From Octopus bimaculoides (lineage: Eukaryota): a DNA stretch of 64,000 nt. The stretch covers positions 79,738,289-79,802,288 of the forward strand of contig NC_068987.1 of assembly GCF_001194135.2 (NCBI RefSeq), given 5' to 3'. The first letter of the stretch is position 1; each line of letters begins with the position of its first letter. This document shows positions 52,969 through 64,000 of this stretch, piece after piece. The notes beneath the pieces are model-generated. The model worked only from the letters and a program-made list of their open reading frames with translations, was not told the origin of the DNA and searched no databases. Made by a program: the position numbers and the translations under genes.

Positions 52969-53050
52969 ACTATCTATCTATCTATCTGTCTGTCTGTCTA
53001 TCTGTCTATCTATCTATCTATTTAACTATCTATCTATTTCTCTGTCTTTC
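52310..53050. repeat. (CT)n, (ATCT)n and (TA)n compound block
   Basis: Direct runs. Confidence 0.95.
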
Positions 53051-53584
53051 TATCCTTATCACTACACATCTTTCATTTTCATTGGCAATATCAATATAGA
53101 GTCCTAAGTCTTTATAAATGTTGAATGTTTGCTTCTTAATATGCTATTAAATGTTCTTGCCAAGTAATCAGCGCCTCTTAGAAGGAAACCATTTATAAGG
53201 CACGATAACTGAGGTTGTGTGAATACATTTAGAAGATTTCACCTTGTTTTGCCTACTTAATCCGCCTTTACAAATGAAGACAAAATTGCAGATAGCAATA
53301 TATAGATTTGCATAAATAAACACCAGTTCATATGCAAATATTCGTTAACATATGTGTGCGTATGCATATAAACGTATATATACATACATGCATACATACA
53401 TACATACATACATGCATACATACATACATACATACATAGTTGTTATTGGTATTATTACATAGTCCCAAATCAATCCTGACCGAGCAGACCTATGGTCAAG
53501 AGATTTTCAGCTAAGTTCATCCTGCTTTTTCATATATATATATATATATGTCTGTGTGTGTGTGTGTATGTGTGTGTGTGTACG

Positions 53585-53658
<74 letters not shown>

Positions 53659-54049
53659 AGAAATTTTTACAAGGAAAAGTTTCATAGTGACTTCGAAATT
53701 ACAGCTTGTTCACCGTCATCAGACAGTTTGATGTCCGCGAGCAAACGAAAATTCCTAAAATATTCTTAATAACAATAAATATGAACTCCAATCAAATCTA
53801 ATCCTTTATGTTATTGTTAAATAGTTTTATGTATATATTCACATAAAGATCATACGCACACACACACACGCGCTCACACACACACACGCGCTCACACACA
53901 CACACGCGCTCACACACACATATATATATATATATATACATACACATATATATATACATATATATATATATATATGTATAAACTCACATATACATACATA
54001 CATATCTATCTATCAATATATATATACATGCAAATATAACGGTAGAGGC

Positions 54050-55080
54050 ATAAGGTCAGTCCACACAGCCTTTGAATGTTGCATTATATCACTCAGACAA
54101 CACCTGCTGAACAGTAAAGAAAGAAATGTGTACATTCCACTCATACTCAAAAGTGAGAGCAAGAAAATCTTTAGAGCTGGAGAAAAGCTACTGTGCAGAT
54201 ACTCTGAGAATACAAGAAAACAAATGTCTCACGCGAGCCAAAGGAGGCTGAACAGGCTTACCTAAACAGAACCTTTGGAAGAGAAGCATGCATCATACCA
54301 AGAAAAAGCAATGCATGGATACATATCCTGTAACCTCTAGGGTAACAACAGCATTTACAAGAAGAGTAGCCTCTCCTTGACCTAGGATAGATGCAGTATA
54401 TCCCATCTACAAGGATATGCCTTCGTGGTCCAGGAACACGAGATAACTACTAAATAACTGATAAACAAGAGGGACAAAAATACCACCAAACCTCCACGTT
54501 GTTATAAAAAAAAAATTGTTGATTCTGCTATAGCCGTTTGGAAGATATCCCTCACATCATCAGCAGCTACCTCAAAATGTTTACCAGATACTCTCTGCTC
54601 CTGAGGCATAATTTAGTTCCAAAGATTATTTACAATGCATCTGCTGGAAGTACTTCCCTGACGTCGAAGATATGTCAGAAACAGCAGGTACTCACACCAT
54701 TAAAAAGAAGGAATACTGGTGTAGCACTCCAATAAAAACATCACTTCGGTGCAAACATAACAGACCTGATACTGTTCTGTAGGAAAGGGAACAAATGTCA
54801 TGCATTGTTGTAGAGGTCAGATGTCCAGCGAATGTGAATATACAATCAAAGTCCAGGTAAAAGGAAACATTTTTGGCGAATTATTGCGGAAAATACAACT
54901 TTTGTACCCTGACTATGACTTCTTATCTTTATATATCATCATAGGTGCATTAGTTTCTGTACTAAGGAATTTGCGCGGAAACCTTGAAATACTCGATTTC
55001 AGAAGAAAGATCTAAAGAAACTGACGCAGATTCTCCAAATCCAATCTGTTAGTGGCATATTGAAGATCTTTAAGACATAC
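54050..55080 (+). mobile_element. R4/Dong-like LINE C-terminal region (zinc-knuckle remnant + restriction-like endonuclease)
   Basis: QGYAFVVQEHEITTK, EDIPHIISS...LRHNLVPKIIY (cf. E...HI.S.C...RHN.VAKIIH), CKHNRPD, GELLRKIQLLYPDY..IIIGAL. Confidence 0.82.
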
Positions 55081-55209
55081 CAAGTGAATGGATGCACACA
55101 CTTGAGTATATGTATCGACAATTAAACCAATACAAAAATCAACCACATATTTACAAACATGGGTTCTTAACGAGTTGGCTTAGTAACGAGTAATTGCTAC
55201 TCCTTAGCA

Positions 55210-55680
55210 TTGCAGCAGATTTTCCCCCATATCTCAATGCCAGCAGACACCCTTTACATAGAATCTATCAGTGGTTCGGGTTTCGCTTTCTGTTTCTGTC
55301 TTGTCTTTGTTTTTGTTTATGGCCTTAGTATTTTTATTTTTATTTTACTTCTTGTATTTATAGACTTGGTATGTGTCCTATCTTGCTTCCTAATGTCTGT
55401 GGTTGGTGATCTTCCCTTTTATTCTGTATGGTTATGGCAAATTTCCATTGGCCAAACTCCGTTTTCCTCACCATTGTTTTGAAAGCTGGAGCATGGTGTT
55501 GGTACCTTCTGTAGTTTTACTGATTCTCTGGAATCGGTTAATGATTTCTTTGTCTGCGCTTGACTTAACTTCATGCTGCATTCAGTTGTTTTGCAAGATT
55601 TCTCCTTCAATAAAGTCGGCTTTTTTTACATTCATCAGATTAAAGGGTGCGAGTGCTCAAAAGTAAAATGAAATACTTTT
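55210..55680 (-). mobile_element. Possible decayed LINE coding fragment
   Basis: PFNLMNVKKADF...KEIINRF resembles the endonuclease-RT linker FNFKKAD; A-rich minus strand. Confidence 0.25.
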
Positions 55681-55866
55681 AGGATGAAAGTTAAAGTGTT
55701 AAGATAACAAATGTGTCTAAGAAATCTTCGTTATTTGAATATAGTTTCCAAAGGAGTATGGAATGAAGTTCAGTGAGATTGTATAATAAAATGAGATGCG
55801 ATAATAAAGCGAGATAATACAAGGAAAGGAAATATAAAGGAGATGTGATGCATAAATGTTACTTAC

Positions 55867-56000
55867 CTTGGGCTTGTGCTTATAGGATAAAACTAAAATA
55901 TATCTGATCAGAATGTTACCATTGGTTTCGTGCCGACTGATGTACTTGTTAACAGTGATGACTTTTCAGACATACTGGTCATAAATGTATTTCTTATAAG
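55867..56000 (-). other. Candidate 134-nt spliced exon (UTR or lncRNA)
   Basis: Minus: TACTAAC branch, TGCCTGCAG acceptor, AAG|GTAAGT donor; no fully open frame. Confidence 0.45.
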
Positions 56001-56284
56001 CTGCAGGCATATAGAAGCCCTAGGGACCTCGGTGTTAGTAAAAAGATCCGGATAATAAAAAAATATATTTTCTTGATGTTAGCCGTGGTTGAAGTATGTC
56101 AGTCGTTTGCACATACATGTGTGTCATTCCCTAATCCCAAAACGGAGTCAGCCACACACATTGCTAAAACAAATTTCTGCTGAAGGGCATTATCTGAATA
56201 TTTCGCTTTTCGAGTTCAGGAATGCGTCCGGAATTCAGTACATGATCAGTTATATGCAATAACTAGTAATATACCACTCAGCGA

Positions 56285-56465
56285 GATACATACATACATA
56301 CATACATACATACATACATACATACATACATGCATACATACATACATACATACATACACACATGCATACATACATACATACATACATGCATACATACATA
56401 CATACATACATACATACATACATACATACAAACATACATACGTACATACATACATACATACATAC
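56285..56465. repeat. (ATAC)n microsatellite
   Basis: Direct run. Confidence 0.97.
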
Positions 56466-58724
56466 AGCACAGGGATGAAAATGTTTTGGTTAATTTATAC
56501 ATTATATATGCATATGTCTAGACATAGGTATTTTTCATATATGTGCATTTTGATGACATGTATTGGAGTATATTTATATAAATATTTCTTCTCGGTGTAC
56601 ATTTGTGCATGTGCGTATGTATATTTTTGATTTCTGAAGTAAAGACATAAAATTTGCACACATTAGCACAGTATCTAACTCGGCTTGAAATAGAATTGCC
56701 TAGAGCTGATGTGCCATATGATGCTATGATATAAACTGAGTTCTATTATGAAGTAGCTCACAATAGTAAACATGTTTTTCCAGTGTTTCTACTCTCTAGT
56801 TGGAATATCTGTATCTGCAATCAGCCTAATTAGAAAATAACTGCACAATTGAAGGAGTGATATTGTATTTGTGTGAGACCTTAGATCTTGAATATCATTT
56901 ATCAAGCTGGCATTAATAAACGTAGTAATAATCATGTGTTAGCGCCTATTCTATTCGTACTGCTGCTGTGAAAAGTAAGTTTAATCATCACTCAGTAACA
57001 ATTAATAGCATTCTGGGAGAAAAAAATATATAAAATTCTCCCAGATTTATGAAACATGAAGAAGGTGTAAAAAGAACGAACAAAGAAGGAACATATAATT
57101 ATCGGGAATGCGACACAAGTGAATTCAGAATTAAAGTATTTGGGGATTTAATCGAAGCCAGAGGGATGAAAAGCTAAGTCAACACCGTCAGGATTTGAAG
57201 TCAGAAAGCCATATTCTCTTTCACAATCCTTGTGTCACAAGCATGCACACACGTATACATAAATACATGCGCACAAGTAGGTTTATATCTATATTTACAA
57301 ACATGCACACAAACATAAATTGATAGATTTATATTTTGCGCGCACATATATACTTTTTATGCGTTTATGAGGTGATGGTGGGGGTACGCACGCGCATGCG
57401 CGCGTGTGTGTGTATGTGTGTGTTTGGCGGGGAGGTTGCGCATGTGTGTAAACATATCCTGCAGAAATTTTATTTCGCCAAACTATATGATGGCATTTTG
57501 AACATATGAATTATTAGCGATGGCTTCCGGTCATACTTACCTCGGAATATGCGAAGTAGGATTTTTTTTCTAAATGCAAACTGCTTATGGTTAACCTTTT
57601 AATAATGCTTTCTTATATAAAGCATTTTTAAGCTCACTACATTGCTTCTGTGCCCAATTTTACTGATATAGGCGCAAACCCTCGAAATAGCAATGATTTA
57701 GCATAGTGAGAGAATGTAATCTTTTGCTGCTCTGGGCAATTTCATCAAACTGAAATTCATTGCTCTCACTGTGCAAACCTATCGTTTTTTATTAGAAGTT
57801 CCATACAGAGACGAATGATCAAACATGCCTTAGTGACTGCTAATATTTGTATCATTTTTATTAATATTATTATTTTTTTCCATAATTAGTTTTTGGAATG
57901 TATTCAATCAGGCTAAGGGCGAAAATGTTTAGTTTAAAAAAAAAAAATTTATTGATTCAGCCAAACCTTGAAGTGTTTTGTTGCATGGTTCTAATTTCTT
58001 CGAGCAGAGCAACTTTATTGTAAAAACAACATAAAGGCGGCGTGAATGTCGGTACTGAATTTATTCACAGATTCCGAAGCCGTGTCCCTTACGGCTATGG
58101 ACTCGTCTATTTCTAGCCTCTGCCAAATATAATTAAAAATGTTATATCGTTTAAAATATTTTGAAGAACTAGAATATTGTTTTTCTAAAATTATATAACC
58201 TTTTACTTTTTAATACAAGCTATTTCTATCCAATGATTTTCTGTATTTTTCTTCATTTGTAATTAATTTTTTCGGTTTTTATTACTTTATTACAATGACC
58301 TTTTTACTGTAATATAGTTTTGTTGATCTCATGTCATCCTATATTTATATCTCATATGATTTCCTCACCTTCCTTCTACCTCAATAATTCCTATTGACCA
58401 AGTAGACCGTCAAAATCATCTTCCACACCACGGTTCTTTAGTTGTTTTTCGCTTACAGTGTGCATACACGCGCGTACACGCGCACACACATACACACACA
58501 TACACACACATACACAGACACATGCATACACATACATACACACGCACGCACGCACACACACACACACAAGATTTTCAACTTGTTTTCAGACAGAGGCGTG
58601 TGATGAAGAAACCCGGCCTGCAACCACAAGATTCTGGGCAAAGTCCCTTCACACGGCACCCCAGGCAAATCTCCACCACTACCCACACATATACGTATAT
58701 ACATTTATATATGTTTGCATCAGG

Positions 58725-58880
58725 CGTGTCTGTTGAGTAAAAAGTTTTCTTCCCAACCACATGGTTCCAGGTTCAGTCCCACTTCGTGAAACCTTGGTCA
58801 AGTGTTATCTACTATATCCCTAGGCCTACCAAAGCCTTATGAATGGATTTGGTAGGCCGAATCTGAATGAAGCCCGTATA
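58725..58880 (+). mobile_element. SINE family C 5' half
   Basis: GGTTCCAGGTTCAGTCCCAC...ACCTTGGTCAAGTGTTATCTACTAT...GGATTTGGTAGG. Confidence 0.85.
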
Positions 58881-58911
58881 TAAACAATATATGACGATAT
58901 GCATATATATG

Positions 58912-58968
<57 letters not shown>

Positions 58969-61121
58969 ATAGAAAGGACAACAAAAGAAACAAAGAGACC
59001 TCGATATTATGTAAATAGAGGAATTTATTTGTAAAAATATGTGACACTTATTCGGTAGTTTTTGTTTTGTTTATTGTTTCTCATTCCAAAGACATAGCAT
59101 TGTCTGTATTTTGGTTGTAATGTTTGTAGCGATTCTAAATGAGCAATAAATAATTTGGGGTCAACCTGCTTACAATAATTATTGAGTCTTAGGGGAATAT
59201 TCCTTCAAAATAGTGGAAAAGAAACGTTCGCTGCATCAATCTAGAAGAGGTTATTGCAATCAGCACGATCGTAAGCAACAACATTAAAGAAGATTAATAG
59301 CAACAAAGCTATAACAATATGCAAATATTTTGAAAATCCTAGCATTAAAGCTGTAAGCGCCATATATTCTCTTAAATTAAATTGCTCTTATCAATTCATG
59401 TTATCTCCCTAATAATATGTCAGAAATCAAAGAAATACAAATGGAAAATAAACAGAAGTCCCTAGGAATGTTTCCCCTGTTATTGTTACTAAAAATATTG
59501 CTTTGAAGTTGGTTGCGGAAGAATCATAAGTAAAGAAATATAGAAGTGAGGACGAAAATTAGAAAAAGTAGACGAGGTGAATGACCAGCGCCTTCAAATG
59601 ATTTAACTCATATATTTCGCGTAAATAACTAGAAGGTGTAATGATTTTCAGTCTATTAATGTTGCGAATATTTAAACCTTATAAATATGTACTGTTTAGA
59701 ATTATTTGTAAACCTTAAAATGATTTATGTAGAAGTTATATTTTCTCTGACAATAATTCATATCAAGGCTTTTAATTTGTTATTTGATGATTTAAATTGC
59801 CAAGTTTCTTGACATCATTATCCTTCTCTTTTTTTTGCGTTTGAATTCTAAGTTTTTAAAAAAATAAAGTGTAAGATAAGGCGAAGGCTTTTGTTTCAAC
59901 TTTGAAAGCAAGTATAATTTTGTAGAAGCTTGTAAAGTAGAGATATTTCTTGTGATAAAAAGGTAAAACCTAATTTTCTGAAGGCTTTCTGATATTATTG
60001 TATTGCGAAACTAAATTACTATGAATAATCAATCCATTTGTTTGTTTGTTTTGTATTCTTTCTTACTTTTAACGCCTTTGATGAAAAATAAACACAGCCA
60101 GAATAAAAAGCATCTAAAACTAAAAGCTATCAAATCAATCAATACAGGAAATTCCTTGAGATTACTTGACATCCAAGTATGAGCCATTAACCACGCTCTC
60201 AAGAAAGGTCTTCAGATTTCTTTGAAAAAACGTTTCATAGACCGTCTATTGTTTATTTGCTTGCGGCAGTTCTTAGTCAGAATATTTGTAAATTGCATTG
60301 TTTTGCCTGATAGAAAAAAAATAACAACAAAACATAAAAACATTATCTTTCGACCAACTTCCTTTCTTGCACTATCACGTGTCAGTTCTATGTTGATACG
60401 GTAATCGAAGCAACATTCTACTTCCTTTGTAGGAATTAATCAGTTCTGATTAGACTGGGGTGTGCAGAGAAGTGTTTATGCAAGGATTATAGATAGGGTT
60501 GTCACAACACTCTGACAATTCAGGATTAATAGACATTGTGCTAAAATACAAAACACTTGCTTAAATTATATTTTAATAAAATTCTAAGTATAGAACAATG
60601 TGGAAAGCAAAGATAGCTATCTTTCTGGCTTATAGAGACGCTATTAAGCAAAGTATATGTAGAAAAGTAACAACTATTTCATCGTTTTCTTTCATTGTCT
60701 TTAACAAACAATAAGAATAGAGAGCGGCTAATACAAGAAACCATGTTTTAAATCTATATACGCCATTTTGTTTCCATATACAGTTATGCTTATATATATA
60801 CTTTTGTTCTAAATGATGATTTTTGAAATATTTTCCTTTGTGTGCATTAAAGTAACAGTGAATATTATCTATAGACGTCTTTTGTTTGCGGAGAGAAAGA
60901 AAGAAATCAAACATTTATTGCTAAGACAGTCATATCTATGCATGCGCGCGTGCATGCGTGCGCGTGTAAATTTGGAGGAATGAGAATATCCAAAAATATG
61001 GCCACCTTCAATAAATTTAAACTAAGAAATTATATAATTGGTTTGTTGCTCATATTTCTTGAGATTAATTGTTGTCTTCATACGTGAAAACAATGTTCAT
61101 TTCTTCTCCTACGAATATGAA

Positions 61122-61330
61122 TTGGTTTCAAATTTCGGCTCAAGGCCAGTAATTTTGAGGAGGGAGTAAGTCGATTACATCGACCCTCGTACTTAACTGG
61201 TGCATATTTTATAGATGCCGAAAGGATTAAAGACAAAGTCGACCGCAATGCCGTTTGAACTTAAAAAAGTCGTAAGATATACCACTAAGCATTTTTTCCG
61301 ACGTGGTAGCGATTCTCCCAGTTCGTTGCC
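61122..61330 (-). mobile_element. SINE-B monomer, diverged
   Basis: GTCGATTACATCGACC, GACAAAGTCGACC, CTAAGCATT. Confidence 0.85.
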
Positions 61331-61761
61331 TGGCTATGAGTTTATATTAACGCGTTTGTAAGACGTTTGTAAGATATTATGCAATGAATCTATACACATT
61401 GCAAAGTAACAGAGTGTCGTAAGCGACACCCCGGACATTTTCGAGGTTAGTATATCATTTTCTTTGTCTCGACGTCTAGAATCCGAAAAAGTTGGCAGAA
61501 AGAACCGGTGAGGCTAGAAATAAGGTCGAAAATCCGAATAAAAAAGTTGTACATCGTGGCTATTGACACAACGCTTGCTCACCCAAACTCGGACCAGAGA
61601 GTTTAGCAATACACCATCGGAAGCACACACGCTCAATCAATAATTTTGGTGTGGTCCCTGTATCGTTTTCCAAGGTGTTTTGGCTCATTTTCTAATATTC
61701 CTCGTTACCAGCTGAACGATAATGGGCTATTATCTTACTATCTTGTCTTACGTACCTCTTA

Positions 61762-61846
61762 AAGAATGTTGAGCAGAGAATCTGCAACACATTTTGCCAA
61801 AAGCTCGGCCATGCCTCCTCAGAGACCTACGCAAAGTTTTCAAAAA
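61762..61846 (+). mobile_element. Mariner transposase N-terminal piece in opposite orientation
   Basis: KNVEQRICNTFCQKLGHASSETYAK (cf. EQR..IKFC.KLG...ET). Confidence 0.75.
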
Positions 61847-62457
61847 GTTTTCATCGTTCTCGACACAATCAAGGAGATCTTGTGCAACTAAAACCCGAGT
61901 GACTTTTTCCTCAGCTGAAAGCTGTTTTGGCACAAACTTGGCAGATACGCGTCTCATACCCAAATCTTCAGTGATAATGGATTGAACTGAACCGTAACTA
62001 ACCTGTACATCCTCTGATAACTCACGGATGGTGATTCGAGGATTTCCCCTCACAGCTGCACGCACATCTGCAATGTTTTTTGTCAGTTCTGCTGATTGCG
62101 GATCACCCAGAGCGTTCATGAATATCGACATTTTTTCGGCTATGTTGGAAAGGTCTGAACCACTCGTACACTTGTCTGGTTCTCATACACTCCTCTCCAT
62201 ACACTTTATGCAACTTTGCGCAGGCTTCTGAGCAGGTATCACCATGACAACTTTCTCTGTTATGGTCAATACGACGATTACACGCTACACACCTTCCTTC
62301 CAAGCATTGCTGTAAACAACGGAAGTAAGATAGAACGTTAAAACGTAGTGCGCATGCACAGCAGAGTTCGTGGTCAATCTGTGCTAAACAACTTCATCCT
62401 GTGTGCTTTAACTTTATTACTAGAGCAACAGTTCGGATATTTGTTGATCAGACCTCG
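61834..62457 (-). mobile_element. Mariner element 5' half with TIR
   Basis: TA+CGAGGTCTGATCAACAAATATCCGAAC end; VYGEECMRTRQVYEWF, ITIRELSEDVQVSYGSVQSIITEDLGMRRVSAKFVPKQL (WVP-equivalent), DENFLKT; stops before the first catalytic D. Confidence 0.92.
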
Positions 62458-62902
62458 TATAACTTAAAGTCAATATATTAATTGCATTATGGGGCCAATG
62501 AAAACTATCAAGATAACCAGTTATTCCAGAATTATACATTACTAGAAGGACCCGTGAATATTTCACGGAATTAATGGTAAACTTATTGAGTTACTTCTGA
62601 AAACTTCATCCAAAAAGACATGAACGCGTAGCCTGTGTTGCGTCCGTTTGGAAAGATAGTCGCTCATCTACTACTCATTGAAAACTGAAAGAAATTGGAA
62701 TGCGATGATTACTTAACGCACTTTATATATTCACTTTACATACTTTAAGCACAATTTTATAGACTTAATACACAGCACTCATAAAATGAACATTCACTCT
62801 TATTTATAAAAATGAAATATCCCGTACATATGATACAATCTTTAGTTAAATCGCATATATCTTCCACATAAATAAGCGTGAACATTTCACGAAATTGCAT
62901 TT

Positions 62903-63860
62903 ACGCGCATGCGTTAAGTGAAAGCTGTTATAAAAAACTTAGTTTAATTCAAAAGTAAACTTTTCACTATCCAGTCACCACCACCAGTTTTATCTCCATC
63001 ACCACCACCACCACCACCACCATCATCATCATCATCTTTCTCCCCCACCACCACTCTGCCTTTCTTAAAGCTTGCCATCAGGACATCACTCTTCTGCTAA
63101 AATTATTACGTATCCGTTATCTCACGTCATGGATGCTTCTCTCTCTCTTTTTCTCTATCCGTTTTCTCTCTCTCTCTTTCTTTGTCCCTCTTTCTGTCTC
63201 CCTCTTCGCCTTATCCTCTTTTTCTCTCTCCTTTTTCTTTCCTCTCTCTTTCCCTTCAACTAATCACGTGAAAGCGTTACAGTTACATTCCCTCTACCTC
63301 ACGTCATGGACGCTTCTCTCTCCGTAGTATTTTTTCCTTTCTATTTTCTACTCTCCCTCTTTTCCTCTAATCACGTAGAAGCGTTACCGACGGGCTAAGT
63401 AACGTAATGAATTATTTTCAGATTCTGTGTGGTACGATTGTACAGCCAGCTATACTGAACCAGCGAAGGCTGCATTTTAATGCGTGGTTGAGGTTGCAAC
63501 TATGAGACAGTACAAGGTTGAGTGGTGGAAACAAATTTTATATCAACGAATAGTCTGTCGCCTCGGTATACTTCCATCTTCATTTAACACGTATTTCATT
63601 AAATATCATATTTTTTTTGTGGCAAAGTACATTTTCCCACGCGCAAAAATCGATTGAATCACTTCCAGGATATTAATTAATGGGGTTTTGTTTTGCTTTG
63701 TTGGTCATTTTGTTTTTCGGCGAATTTCGAAGTTCAACATATCTTTGTTACATTAAGTAGACAAAATATTTCATCGACAATTGATTTAGTAGACATGACA
63801 ATCGATTAACAATTGATTGACAAGATAATTGATTGAACATTTACGCGCCAAATTGATTGA
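62903..63860. promoter_or_regulatory. Promoter/enhancer-like motif cluster
   Basis: CGCGCATGCG (NRF1-like), duplicated CACGTCA and TAATCACGT modules, GCGCCAAA (E2F-like), six AATYGATT. Confidence 0.45.
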
Positions 63861-64000
63861 ATTCACTCCAAGGTATTAATTAATTTATTTACGAGTCTCA
63901 GAGGTTTAGTTATTTTTTCACTGCGTCAAACAGATAAGAAAACTTTCACCAAGGTTAGGCGTTAGTATATTGCAGCTAACTGTTCTGCAGAAATGTTATC

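Noticed and set aside
55966-55968. In-frame TGA as selenocysteine
   Set aside because: Context QYV-U-KV matches no selenoprotein motif I know and no SECIS is identifiable
57385-57410. GCGCATGCGC NRF1-like motif
   Set aside because: Embedded in an alternating purine-pyrimidine microsatellite, where it arises by chance
57532-57545. ATACTTACCT resembling the U1 snRNA 5' end
   Set aside because: Downstream sequence does not match U1; better read as a minus-strand splice donor
1-64000. CRISPR arrays, rRNA or prokaryotic operons
   Set aside because: None present; repeats are eukaryotic SINEs and microsatellites without a repeat-spacer pattern

Overview
AT-rich animal genomic DNA from a gapped draft assembly (11 N-runs, about 3.2 kb, almost all abutting (TA)n or (CA)n). 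The extreme microsatellite density and SINE families point to an octopod cephalopod (inference, not verified). I can recognise no intact host protein-coding gene; nearly all ORFs in the supplied track are microsatellite, N-gap or SINE artefacts. The window is a transposon graveyard: three tRNA-headed SINE families (here called A, B, C; B often as a fixed dimer), decayed LINEs (R4/Dong-like RLE clade, CR1/L2 group, RTE-like, possible Penelope), a Helitron Rep-helicase linker fragment, two Tc1/mariner remnants and two hAT MITEs with 8-bp TSDs. Between these lie unique CpG-richer islands with splice-site and promoter-like motifs. The most unusual observations are a circularly permuted SINE monomer with a 12-bp TSD, two divergent LINE copies truncated at the same codon against (TA)n, a templated chimeric insertion in a SINE, a candidate 3-nt microexon, a candidate minus-strand spliced transcript ending in a 43-aa membrane sORF, and homotypic TF-motif clusters at 35.9 kb and 62.9-63.9 kb. 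I found no evidence strong enough to claim a new biological system; these are testable leads.
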